In this document: piece by piece, positions 48,101 to 64,000 of the stretch
Layout of the letters: the number at the start of each line of letters is the position of its first letter
Numbering within the stretch: the stretch's first letter is position 1
Assembly: GCA_009914755.4 (NCBI GenBank)
Contig: CP068257.2
Span: forward strand, 992,001 to 1,056,000
Direction of reading: 5' to 3'
Length of the DNA stretch: 64,000 bases
Source: the human T2T-CHM13v2.0 reference genome, Homo sapiens
Position numbers and translations under genes: made by a program
Notes under the pieces: generated by a model
Database searches by the model: none
Told to the model about the DNA's origin: nothing
What the model saw: the letters and a program-made list of their open reading frames with translations, nothing else

Positions 48101-51100
48101 GCTCTGCCTACAGGGGCATTGCGATGTATCTCTGCCCTGATCGCCTAGGTCATGTAACTGTTGTCTATGATCTGCCTACAGTGGCATTGTGACATATCTC
48201 TGCACAGATCACCCAGGTGTTGTAAATCTTTTCTAGGATCTCCTACAGGGTGCTTTGTGACACATCGCTGCAATGATCACCCAGGTGATTTACCTCTTGT
48301 CAAGTCTCTGCCTACAGGGACATTGCGATGTATTTCTGCACTGATCACCTAGGTCATGTAACTCTTGTCTAGGCTCTGCCTACAGTGGCATTGTGACATA
48401 TCTCTTCACTGATCACCCAGGAGATGTGACTCTTGTCTAAGCTCTGCCTAGAGGGACATTGGGACATATCTCTGCACTGATCGCTGAGGTGGTGTAAAAG
48501 TTGTTTAGGCTTTGCCTACAGTGGGATTTATGACATATCTCTGCACTGATCACCCAGGTGATGTAACTCTTATCTAGGCTCTGCTTACAGGGGGCATCGT
48601 GAGATATCTCTGCACTGATCACGCAGGTACTGTAACTCTTGTCTAGGCTCTGCTACAGGGGCATTTTAATATATCACTGCACTGATCACTGAGATGATGC
48701 AACTACTCTCTGAGATCTGCTTACAGGGCGCATTGTGACATATCTCTGCACTGATCACCCAGGTGATATAACTGTTGTATAAGCTCTGCCTATAGGGGAA
48801 TTGTGAGAGATATCGCCACTGATCACTCAATTGATGTAACTATTGTCTTGGCTTTGCCTAAAGGGGGCTTTGTGACATACCTTTGTACTGATCACCCAGG
48901 TGATGTAAGTCATCTAATTTCTGCCTACAGGAGCTTTGTGACATATCTCAGCACAGATCTCTTAGGTGATGTAACACTTTTTAAGCACTTCCTACAGGGA
49001 ATTATTACAAATCTCTGCACTGATCACCTAGGTGATGTAACTATTTTCTAGGATCTGCCTACAGGGTGCTTTGTGACATAACCCTGCACTGATCACCCAG
49101 GTGATATACCTTTTGTCAAGGCTCTGCCTACAGGGACATTGCGATGTATCTCTGCATTGATCACCTAGGTCATGTAACTCTTGTCTAGGCTCTGCCTACA
49201 GTGGCATTGTGACATAACTCTGCACTGCTCGTCCAGGTGATGGGGCTTTTGTCTAGGCTCTTCCTAAGGGGGCATTGTGACATGTTTCTGCACTGATCAC
49301 CCAGGTGACGGACTCTTGTCTTGGATCTGCCAATGGGGGCATTGTGATATAACTCTGCACTGTTCACCCAGGTGATGTAACGGATTTATAAGCTCTGCCT
49401 ACAGGGGAATTGGGAGAGATCTCGCCACTGATAACCCAAATGATGTATCTATTGTCTAGCCTTTGCCTACAGGGGGCTTTGTGACATACCTTTGCACTGA
49501 TCACCCAGGTGATGTAACTCTTGTCTAGGCTCTGCCTATAGAGGGCTTGTGACATATCTCCCCAGTGATCACGCAGGTGATGTAACTCTTGTCTATATCT
49601 GCCTACTGTCGGCATTGTAGCATATTTCTGCAATGATCACCGAGGTGATGGACTCTTGTATTGGATCTGCCTATGGGGGTATAGTGACATATCTCAGCAC
49701 TGATCACTCATGTGATGTAACGTTTGTTTAAGCTGCTACTGAAGAGGAATTGTGACAGATAACTCCACTGATCACCCAGGTGAAGTAACAATTTTCTGGG
49801 ATTTGTTTAGAGGGGGCTTTGTGACATATATTTGCACTGATCACACAGGAGACGTAACTCTTGTCTAGGCTCGGCCTACAGGTGCTTTGTGACATATTTC
49901 TGCACTGATCACCCAGGTGATGTAACACTTGTTTAGGCTCTGCCTACAGGGACTTTGTGACGTATCTCTGCACTGATCACCCAGGTGATGTAACTCTTGT
50001 CTAGGCTCCACTTACAGGGGCTATTGTGACGTATATCTGCACTGATCACCCAGTTGATGTAACGTTTATCTAGGCTCTGCCAACAGGGGAGTTTTGACAT
50101 AGCTCTGCACAGATCACCTAGGTTATGTAACTCTTGTCCACTCTCTGCCTACAGGGGGCATTGTGAAATATATCTGCACTGATCACCTAGGTGATGGGAC
50201 TCTTCTTTATACTCTGCCTAGAGGGGGATTTGTGACATATCTCTGCAATGATCACCCGGGTGATGGGACTCTTCTGTATACTCTGCCTGGAGGGGGATTT
50301 GTGACATATCTCTGCACTGATGACCCAGGTGATGGAAGACTTGTCTAGGCTCTGTCTATGGGGGCATTGTGTCAAATATCTGCACTGATCACCCAGGTGA
50401 TGTAACTCTTGTCTAGGCTCTTTCTACAGGGATTTTTGTGACATATCACTGCACTGGTCACCTAGGTGATGTAAGCCTTGTATGGGCTTTGCGTACAGAA
50501 GGCTTTGTGATATATCTATGCACTGATCTCTGAGATGATGCAACTCTTGTCTAGGCACTGCCAACAGGGGACATTGGTACATATCTCTGCACTGATCACC
50601 CAGGTGATGGACTCTTGTCTTAGATCTGCCTACATGGATATTGTGACACACCTCTGAACTGATTAACCAAGTGATGAACCTCTTGTCTATGCTCTGCCTA
50701 CAGGGGCTTTGTGATACATCTCTGCACTGATTACTCTGGGGAGGAAACTCTTGTCTACGCTCTGCCTACAGGAGTCTTTATGACTTATACCTGCACTGAT
50801 AACCTATGTGATGTAACATTTGTCTAGGTTCTGCCTACACGGGAATTCTCAAAAATGTCTGCACTGGTCACCCAGGTGATGTAACTCCTGTCTAGGTTCA
50901 GCCTACAGAAGCGTTTTGACATATCTCTGCACTGATCACCCAGGTGATGTAACACTTGTCTAAGCTCTGCCTACAGGGGCATTGTGACAGATCTCTCCAC
51001 TGCTCACCCAGGTGATATAATATTTGTCTGGGTTTTGCCTACAGGGGGCTTTGGGATATACATTTCCACTGATCAAACAGGTGATGTAACCCTTGTCAAG

Positions 51101-51526
51101 GTTCTGCTTACAGGGGCTTTGAGACATATCTCTGCACTGATCACCCCTGAGAGGAAACACTTGTCTACACTCTGCCTACAGAAGGTTTTATGACTTATCC
51201 CTGCACTGATCACTATGTGATGTAACACTTGTCTAGGCTCTGTCAACACGGGAATTTTCACATATCTCTACACTGATCACCTAAGTGATGTAACCCTTGT
51301 CTAGGTTCAGCCTACTGGGGATTTCTGACATACTTATGCACTGGTCACTGAGGTGATGTAAATCATTTCCAGGCTTTTTGTACAGGGGACATTGTGACAT
51401 ATCTCTGCACTGATCACACAAATGATGCAAATCTTCTCTTGGCTCTGCAGGGATGGGGTATTGTGACATATTTCTGAACAGATCATCCAGGAGATGTAAC
51501 TATTCTCCAGGCTTTGACTAAAGAGC
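42141..51526. repeat. Beta-satellite array, orientation A, about 9.4 kb (a double-length interval). Contains a clean unit-less P0/D1 hybrid junction near 46636.
   Basis: 68-bp periodicity. Distal-flank monomers at 42240-42500; proximal-flank series at 50370-51526. Confidence 0.9.
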
Positions 51527-52222
51527 GTCGGAAGGTGTTGGGAGAGCCTCAGCTGGAAATTCACAGAGGGACAAGGGCACAGAGAGGCCAGCGGGCTCCC
51601 TTGCACGTCAGCCGGGGTGCGCAATGAGCGCAGGTCTAGCCAGGAGGATGGCAAGGAGAGCTAGAGGTCTGCGTTCCGCTGGCAGGCGCTCCATGGTGGC
51701 AACTGGGAGGCTGCCGGGGCATGGGCGGGTTGGCGACGGTGGCGCGGAGGCGCAGAAGAGGCGACCCACCAGAGGGCTGTCAGGCCTGGATGCTGCGCGG
51801 GCCCGGAGTTTCACGGGACAGGGGTCTCCTCCCAGCCAAGGGGAGGACACATTTTCCGGGGGTGGGGTTTGGGGTGGGGGTGTGGTCAAGCGGGGGTGGG
51901 GTGGTGGAAAGACATGAGAGCTCTGCACGGGCTGCTCCCACAGCCCAGGTGGCTGCCCGCAAACCCGCACCTGTGCAGTAGGCGGCCCACATGCTGGTAC
52001 CTGGTCAGGCTCTGGAATCCCCAGGATGCCCAGGAAAGAATGGCAGTTCTCTGCTGTGTGGAGCCTCTCACCGGGCCTAGACATAGAAGGCAGGAATCCT
52101 AGGTCAGTCAGCCCGGTGGAGGGGGCGGGGAGAGGGCACGCCCCTCCATAGCCATCCAGGTGTTCCCGGCGAAATAGAGGCCACCGCCCTGCCCCGACCC
52201 GATACCTTCCCAACCCTGCGTC

Positions 52223-53891
<1,669 letters not shown>

Positions 53892-54265
53892 TCAGCAGGG
53901 AGAAACCGGCCTGGGAGGGTGGAGGAGAGTGTGGAACTGAACCTCCGTGGGAGTCTTGAGTGTTCCAGGCCCTCTCTCCGTGAAGGAGGCCGTGCCTGTT
54001 GGTGTCTCCGTTGCCAGGACAGTCTCACACACGCAGGCGTGTGGCTCTCGTTCATTTCCACGTAGGAAACCAGAGCGAGATCCCAGAGAGAAGATGCCTC
54101 CCCGGCGTGATGACCTGATGATGGATTCCCGTGTGCGGCAACATGGGTAGTCTGCAGTGTGGCCAGTGTGGAAACTGGCAAGGAGAGCGAAGGCACCATG
54201 CCGGTCTTCCCCCCTGCCCTGCATGTTTCCGGGTACCCGTAGAGCTCCGGGAGCAAAGAGTCAGC

Positions 54266-57200
54266 ATGACACATCTCTGAACTGATCAACAAAGTGATGT
54301 AACACTTGTCTAGGCTCTGCCTACATCGGCTTTGTGACATATCTCTGCACTGATCACCCAGGTAATGGGACTCTTGTCTAGGCTGTGTGTATGGGGGCTT
54401 TGTGACATATCTCTGCACTGATCACCCAGGTAATGGGGCTCTTGTCTAGGCTGTGTGTATGGGGGCTTTGTGACATATCTCTGCACTGATCACCCAGGTG
54501 ATGTAACGCTTGACTAGGCTCTGCCTACGGGGCATAGTGACATATCACTGCATTGATCACTGAGGTGATGTAACTCTTGTCCAGGCTCTGCCTATAGGGG
54601 GCCTTGTGACATATCTCTGGACTGATCATCTAGGTGATGTAACTGTTGCTTATGCTCTGCCTGCAGGGACATTGTGAAATATCTCTGCACTGATCCCCTA
54701 GGTGATGGGACACCTCTCTAGGCTCTGCCTACTGGGGGCATTGTCACATATTTTTGCACTGATCACCCAGGTGATGGACTCTTGTCTTGGATTTGCCTAG
54801 GGGGTCATTGTGACATATCACTGCACTGATCACCCAGGTGATGTAACCCTGGTTTAAGCTCTGCCTAAAGGGGCATTGTGACAGATCTCTGCACTGATCA
54901 CTCAGGTGATGTAACTATTGCCTAGGCTCTGCTTAAAGAGGCCTTGTCACTTATCTCTACACTGATCACCCAGGTGATGTAACTATTGTCTAGGATCTGC
55001 TTTCAGGGGGTATTGTGACATATCTCTGCATGGATCACCTAAGTGTTGTAACACTTGTGTAGGCTCTGCCTACAGGGGCATTTTGACATATCTCTGCACT
55101 GTTAAAAGAGGTGATGTAACTCTTGTCTAGGCTGTGCACATAGGGGGATTGAGATATATCTCTGCACTGTTCCCGAGGTGATCCAACTCTTGCCTGGTCT
55201 CTGCCTACTGGGAAAATTGTGACATATATCTGCACTGATCTCCCAGGTGCTGTAAATTTAGTCCAGGCTCTGGCTACATGGCATGGTGACATATCACTGC
55301 ACTGATCACCCTGCTGATATAACTCTTCTCTAGGATCTGCCTACAGGGTACTTTGTGACATATCCCTGCAATGGTCACCCAGGTGATATACCACTTGTCA
55401 AGGCTCTGCCTACAGGGACATTGCGATGTATCTCTGCACTGACAACCTAGGTCATATAACTCTTGTCTAGGATCTGCCTACAGTGGCATTGTGACATATC
55501 TCTGCACTGATCATCCAAGTGATGTAACATTTGTCTAGGATCTGCCTAAAGGGACTTTGTGACATAACTCTCCACTGATTATCCAGGTGATTGGGCTTTT
55601 GTCAAGGCTCTGTCTAAGGGGGCCTTGTGACATATTTCTGCACTGATCACACACGTGACGGACTCTTGTCTTGGATCTGCCTGTGGGGGCATTGTGACAA
55701 ATCTCTGCACTGATCACTCAGGTGTTGTAACTGTTGTATAACCTCTGCCTACAGGGGAATTGTGAGAGATCTCGCCACTTATCAACCAAGTGATGTAACG
55801 ATAGTCTAGGCTTTCCCTACAGGGTGCTTTGTGACATACCTTTGTACTGATCATCCAGCTGATGTAACTCATCTAAGTTCTGCCTCCAGGAGCTTTGTGA
55901 CATATCTCTGCACTGATCACTTATGCGATGTAACAGTTTTATAAGCACTGCCTACAGGGAATTTTGACAAATCTCTGCACTGATCACCTAGGTGATGTAA
56001 CTCTTGTCTACCCACTGTGCAAAGGGGTCATTGTGAAATATCTCTGCACTGAACACCCACGTGATTCAACTCTTGTTTAGGATCTGCCTACAGGGGGTAT
56101 TGTGAAATATATCTGCACTGATCAACTAGGTGATGTAACTCTTGTCTAGGCTCTGCCCTCAGGGGCATTTTCACATATCACTGAACTGATGACAAAGGTG
56201 ATGTAACACTTGCCTAGGCTTTGCCTACAGGGGCATTGTGACATACCTCTGCACTGATCACTCAGGTGATGCAACTCTTCTCTATGTTCTGCCTACAGGG
56301 GGCATTGTGACATATCTCTGCACTGATCACCCAGGTGATGTAACTCTTCTCTAGTCTCTGCCTACAGAAGGCGTTGTGACATCACTCTGCACGGATCACC
56401 CGTGTTATGTAACTCTTGTCTAGGCTCTGCCTACCGGGGCATTGTGACTTATCTCTGCACTGATCACCCAGGAGATGTGACTCTTTTCTAAGCTATGCCT
56501 AGAGGGACATTGGGACATATCTCTTCACTGATCGCTGACGTGATGTAAAACTTGTCTTGGATTTGCCTACAGTGGGATTTATGACATATCTCTGCACTGA
56601 TCACCCAGGTGATGTAACTCTTGTCTATGCTCTGCTTACAGGGCGTATTGTGAGATATCTCTGCACTGATCACCCAGTTTATGTAACTCTTCTCTAGGCT
56701 CTGCCTATAGGGGCATTTTCACATATCACTGCACTGATCAACGAGATTATGTAACTTTTGTATAGGCTTTGCTGACAGGGGGCATTGAGACATATCTCTG
56801 CACTGATCACTGAGGTGATGCAACTCTTCTCTGGGATCTGCTTACAGGGGGCATTGTGACATATCTCTTCCTTGATCATCCAGGTGATGTAACTCTTGTC
56901 TAGGCTCAGCCTACTCGAGGAATTGTGAGATATCTCCGCACTGATCACCCAGGTGATGTCACTTTTTTCAAGGATATGGCTACAGGGACATTGTGACGTG
57001 TCACTGCACTGATCACACAGCTGATGTAACACTTGTCTAGGCTCTGGCTACAGAGGGCTTGTGACATATCTCTGCACTGATAACCCAGGTAATGTAACAT
57101 TTATCCAGCCTCTGCCTACAGGGGCGTTTTGACATAGCTCTGCACAGATCACCTAGGTTATGTAACTCCTGTCCACTCTCTGCCTACAGGGGTCATTGCA

Positions 57201-58490
57201 AAATATCTCTGCTCTGATCACCCAGGTGATGGGACTCTTCTCTATACTCTGCCTAGAGGGGGATTTGCGACATGTATCTGCACTGATCACCCAGGTGATG
57301 GAAGTCTTGTCTAGGGTCTGTCTATGGGGACATTGTGTCAAATATCTGCACTGATCACCCAGGTGATGTAACTCTTGTCTAGGCTCTGTCTACCGGGATT
57401 TTTGTGACATATCACTGCACTGATCACCTAGGTGATGTAAGTCTTGTATTGTCTTTGCCTACAGAGTGCTTTGTGATATATCTATGCACTGATCTCTGAG
57501 GTGATGCAGCTCTTGTCTAGGCACTGCCTACAGGGGACATTGGCACATCTCTCTGCACTGATCACCCAGGTGATGGACTCTTGTCTTAGATCTGCCTACA
57601 TGGTCTTTGTGACACATCTGTGAACTGATCAACCCAGTGATGAAACTCTTGTCTAGGCTCTGCCTACAGGGGCTTTGTGACACATCTCTGCACTAATTGC
57701 CCTGGAGAGGGAACTCTTGTCTAGGCTCTGCTTACAGGAGGCTTTATGACTTTTACCTGCACTGATTACCTAGGTGATGTAACACTTGTGTAGACTCTGC
57801 CTACACTGGAATTCTCACATATCTCTGCACTGATCACCCGGGTGATGTAACTCCTTTCTAGGTTCAGCCTACAGGAGTGTTTTGATATATCTCTGCACTG
57901 ATCACCCAGGTGATGTAACACTTGTCTAAGCTCTGCCTACATGGGCATTGTGACAGATCTCTCCACTGCTCACCCAGGTGATGTAACAATTCTCTGGGAT
58001 TTGCCTACAAGGGGCTTTGGGATATACATTTCCACTGATCAAACAGGTGATGTAACCCTTGTCAAGGTTCTGCTTACAGGGGCTTTGAGACATATCTCTG
58101 CACTGATCACCCCTGAGAGGAAACACTTGTCTACACTCTGCCTACAGAAGGCTTTACGACTTATCCCTGCACTGATCACTAGGTGATGTAACACTTGTCT
58201 AGGCTCTGTCTACACGGGAATTTTCACATATGTCTACACTGATCACCTAAGTGATGTAATCCTTGTCTAGGTTTAGCCTACTGGGGATTTCTGACATACC
58301 TATGCACTGATCACCGAGGTGATGTAAATCATTTCCAGGCTTTTTGTACAGGGGACATTGTGATATATCTCTGCACTGATCACCCAAGTGATGCAAATCT
58401 TCTCTAGCCTCCGCAGGGAGGGGGCATTGTGACATATTTCTGAACTGACCATCCAGGAGATGTAACTATTCTCCCGGCTTTGACTAATGA
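54266..58490. repeat. Beta-satellite array, orientation A, about 4.2 kb (about 62 monomers). Starts with duplicated D1-like monomers (54340-54460) and ends with P1-P17.
   Basis: 68-bp periodicity; proximal-flank series 57340-58490. Confidence 0.9.
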
Positions 58491-59191
58491 GCGTTGGAAG
58501 GTGTTGGGAGAGCCTCAGTCGGAATTTCACGGACGGACAAGGGCACAGAGAGGCCAGCGGGCTCCCTTGCACGTCAGCCGGGGTGCGCAATGAGCGCAGG
58601 TCTAGCCAGGAGGCTGGCAAAGAGAGCTAGAGGTCTGCGTTCCGTTGCCAGGCGCTCCATGGTGGCAGCTGGGAGGCTACAGGGGCACGGGCGGGCTGGC
58701 GATGGTGACGCAGAGGCGCAGAGGAGGTGAGCTGCCGGAAGGGTGTCATGCCTGGATGCTGCGTGGACCCGATGTTTCACGGGACGGTGGTCTCCACCCA
58801 GGCCAGGGGAGGACGCATTTTCCGGGGGTGGGGGGTGGGGGTGGGAAGGGTGTTGTCAGGAGTGGGAGGGGTGTTGGAAAGGCAAGAGAGCTCTGCCCGG
58901 GCTGCTCCCAAAGCCCAGGTGGCTGCCCGCAAACCCGCGTGTGCGCAGAAGGTGGCCCAACTGCTGGTACCTGGGCCGGCTCTGGGATCCCTGGGTTGTC
59001 CACGAAAGAATGGCAGTTCTCCGCTGTGTGGAGCCTCTCATCAGGCCTACACCTAGAAGGCAGGACTCACAGCCCGGTCAGCCCGGTGGAGAGGGCAGTG
59101 GAACACACGCCCCTCCATAGCCAGCCAGGTGTTCCCCGCGAAAGAGAGGCCACCGCCATGCCCCGACACGACCCCATCCCAACCCCGCGTC

Positions 59192-61215
<2,024 letters not shown>

Positions 61216-61245
61216 TCAGAGCTCCAGGAGCAAACAGTCAGCATG

Positions 61246-64000
61246 ACACATCTCTGAACTGATCAACAAAGTAATGTAACTCTTGTCTAGGCTCTGCCTA
61301 CAGGGGCTTTGTGACATATCTCTGCAGTGATCACCCAGGTGATGGGACCTTTGTCTAGGCTCTGCCTATGGGGGCATTGTGACATATCTCTACACTGATC
61401 ACCAAGGTGATGCAACTCTTGTGTTGGATCTGCCTATGGGGGCATTGTGACATATTTCTGCACTGATCACCCAGGTGATGGGACATTTGTCTAGGCTCCG
61501 TGTATGGGGGCTTTGCGACATATCTGATCACTGATCACCCAGGTGATGTAACCCTTGACTAGGCCCTCCCTACGGGGCATAGTGACATATCACTGTATTG
61601 ATCACTGAGGTGATGTAACTCTTGTCCAGGCTCTCCCTCTAGGGGGCCTAGTGACATATTTCTGCACTGATCATCTAGGTGATGTAACTCCCTCTGACAC
61701 TCTACCTGCAGGGGCACTGTGAAATATCTCTGCACTGATCATCCAGGTGATGGGACTCTTCTCTAGGCTTTGCCTACTGTGGGCATTGTCACATATTTCT
61801 GCACTGATCACCCAGGTGACGGACTCTTGTCTTGTATTTGCCTATGGGGACATTGTGACATATCTCTGCACTGATCACCCACGTGATGTAACTCTGGTCT
61901 AAGCTCTGCCTAAAGGGGCATTGTGAGAGATCTCTGCACTGATCACTCAGGTGATGTAACTATTGTCTAGGCTCTGCTTAAAGGGGCCTTGTCACATATC
62001 TGTTAACTGATCACCCAGGTGTTGTAACCCTTGCCTAGGCTCTGCCTACAGGAGCTTTGTGACATATCTCTGCACTGATCACTTAGGTGATGTGACACTT
62101 TTATAAGCAGTGCCTACAGGGAATTTTGACAAATCTCTGCACTGATCACTTAGGTGATGTAATTCTTGTCTACCCTCTGCCCAAAGGGGGCATTGTGAAA
62201 TGTCTCTGCTCTGATCACCCAGGTGATTCAACTCCTGTCTAGGATCTGCCTACAGGAGAATTGTGAAATATCTCTGTACTGATCAACTAGGTGATGTAAC
62301 TCTTGTCAAGGCTCTGCCTACAAGGGCGTTTTCACATATCCCTGAACTGATAACAAAGGTGATGTAACGCCTACAGGGGACATTGTGATATATAGCTGCA
62401 CTGATAACCCAGGTGATGCAACTCTTCTCTATGCTCTGCCTACAGGGGACATTGTGTCATATCTCTGCACTGATCACCCAGGTGATGCAACTCTTCTCTA
62501 TGCTCTGCCTACAGGGGACATTGTGACATATCTCTGCACTGATCGCTGAGATGATTTAAAACGTGTCTAGGCTTTGCCTACAGTGGGATTTATGACATTT
62601 CTCTGCACTGGTCACCGATGTGATGTAACTCTTCTCTAGGCTCTGCTTAAAGGGGCTATTGTGAGATATCTCTGCACTGATCACCCAGGTGATGTAACTC
62701 TTGTCTAGGCTATGCCTACAGGTGCATTTTCACATATCACTGCACTGATCACCGAGATTATGTAACTCTTGTAAAGGCTTTGCCAACAAGGGGCATTGAG
62801 ACATGTCTCTGCACTGATTACCGAGGTGATGCAACTCTGGTCTGGTATCTGCCTACAGGGGGCATTGTGACATATCTTTGCCCGGAACACCCAGATGATG
62901 TAACTCTTGTCTAGGCTCTACCTACAGGAGGCATTGTGACATATCTCCGCACTGATCACCCAGGTGATGTCATTTTATCAAGGATATGGCTACAGCGATA
63001 TTGTGACATCTCACTGCACTGATCACACAGGTGATGTAACATTATCTAGGCTCTGCCTACCGTGGCGTTTTGACATAGCTCTGCACAGATCACCTAGGTT
63101 ATGTAACTCTTGTCCACTCTCTGCCTACAGGGGGCATTGTGAAATATCTCTGCACGGATCACCCAGGTGATGGGACTCTTCTCTATACTCTGCCTAGAGG
63201 GGAATTTGTGACATATCTCTGCACTGATCAACCAGGTGATGGAAGTCTTGTCTAGGCTCTGTCTATGGGGACATTGTGTCAAATATCTGCACTGATCACC
63301 CAGGTAATGTAACTCTTTCCTAGACTCTGTCTACAGGGATTTTTGTGACATATCACTGCACTGATCACCTAGGTGATGTAAGCCTTGTATGAGCTTTGCC
63401 TACAGAAGGCTTTGTGACATATCTATGCACTGATCTCTGAGGTGATGCAACTCTTGTCTAGGCACTGCCTACATTGGACATTGGTACATATCTCTGCACT
63501 GATCACCCAGGTGATGGACTCTTGTCTTAGATCTGCCTACATGGACATAGTGACACATCTCTGAACTGATCAACCAAGTGATGAAACTATTGTCTAGGCT
63601 CTGCCTACAAGGGCTTTGTGACACATCTCTGCACTGATCACCCTGCTGATGTAAGTCTGGTCTAAGGTCTGCCTAAAGGGGCATTGTGACAGATCTCTGC
63701 ACTGATCACTCCGGTGATGTAACTATTGTCTAAGCTCTGCTTTAAGGGGCTTTGTCACATATCTCTGCACTGATAACCCAGGTGATGTAACACTTCTCTA
63801 CGCTCTGCTTACAGGGAGTATTGTGTCTTATCTCTGCACTGATCACCTAAGTGATATAACTATTGTGTAGGCTCTGCCTACAGGGGCATTTTGACATATC
63901 TCTGCACTGTTAACCGAGGTAATGTAACTCTTGTCTAGGCTGTGCCCACAGGGGGATTGAGACATATCTCTGCCCTGATCCCGAGGTGATCCAACTCTTG
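61246..64000. repeat. Beta-satellite array, orientation A, running to the window edge. The proximal-flank monomer P1 appears at about 63280, so a further D4Z4-like unit is predicted about 400 bp beyond the window end.
   Basis: 68-bp periodicity. Distal-flank monomers at 61340-61700; gtcaaatatctgcactgatcacccaggtaatgtaactc at 63280. Confidence 0.85.

Overview
This window is not prokaryotic and contains no mobile-element cargo or defence locus. It is hominoid (most likely human) pericentromeric or acrocentric-type satellite DNA. About 70% is 68-bp beta-satellite (Sau3A/GATC family, AT-rich). Eight GC- and CpG-rich blocks of about 2.8 kb are interspersed; they are D4Z4-like (3.3-kb family) units carrying DUX4-like double-homeobox sequences. 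Six complete units (2326-5090, 9721-12480, 29184-31460 partial, 39428-42140, 51527-54265, 58491-61245) carry the DUX4-like gene on the minus strand with a TATAAA box about 135 bp upstream. All are pseudogenised by start loss, frameshifts or nonsense mutations, except that unit 7 keeps an ATG-initiated 170-aa ORF spanning both homeodomains. Each unit sits at the same position in a beta-satellite higher-order repeat, with conserved proximal monomers P1-P17 and distal monomers D1 onward. The basic period is about 7.0-7.4 kb. Two intervals of about 12 kb look like double periods whose D4Z4 unit was lost by monomer-level unequal crossover. A 6.2-kb segment (22931-29183) is inverted relative to the rest of the array. 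It consists of a DUX4 C-terminal fragment, reversed beta-satellite, and a plus-strand DUX4-like ORF with intact homeodomains but no ATG and a replaced C-terminus. All identifications rest on the visible monomer periodicity and on recall of the DUX4 protein and D4Z4/beta-satellite organisation; no database search was run.
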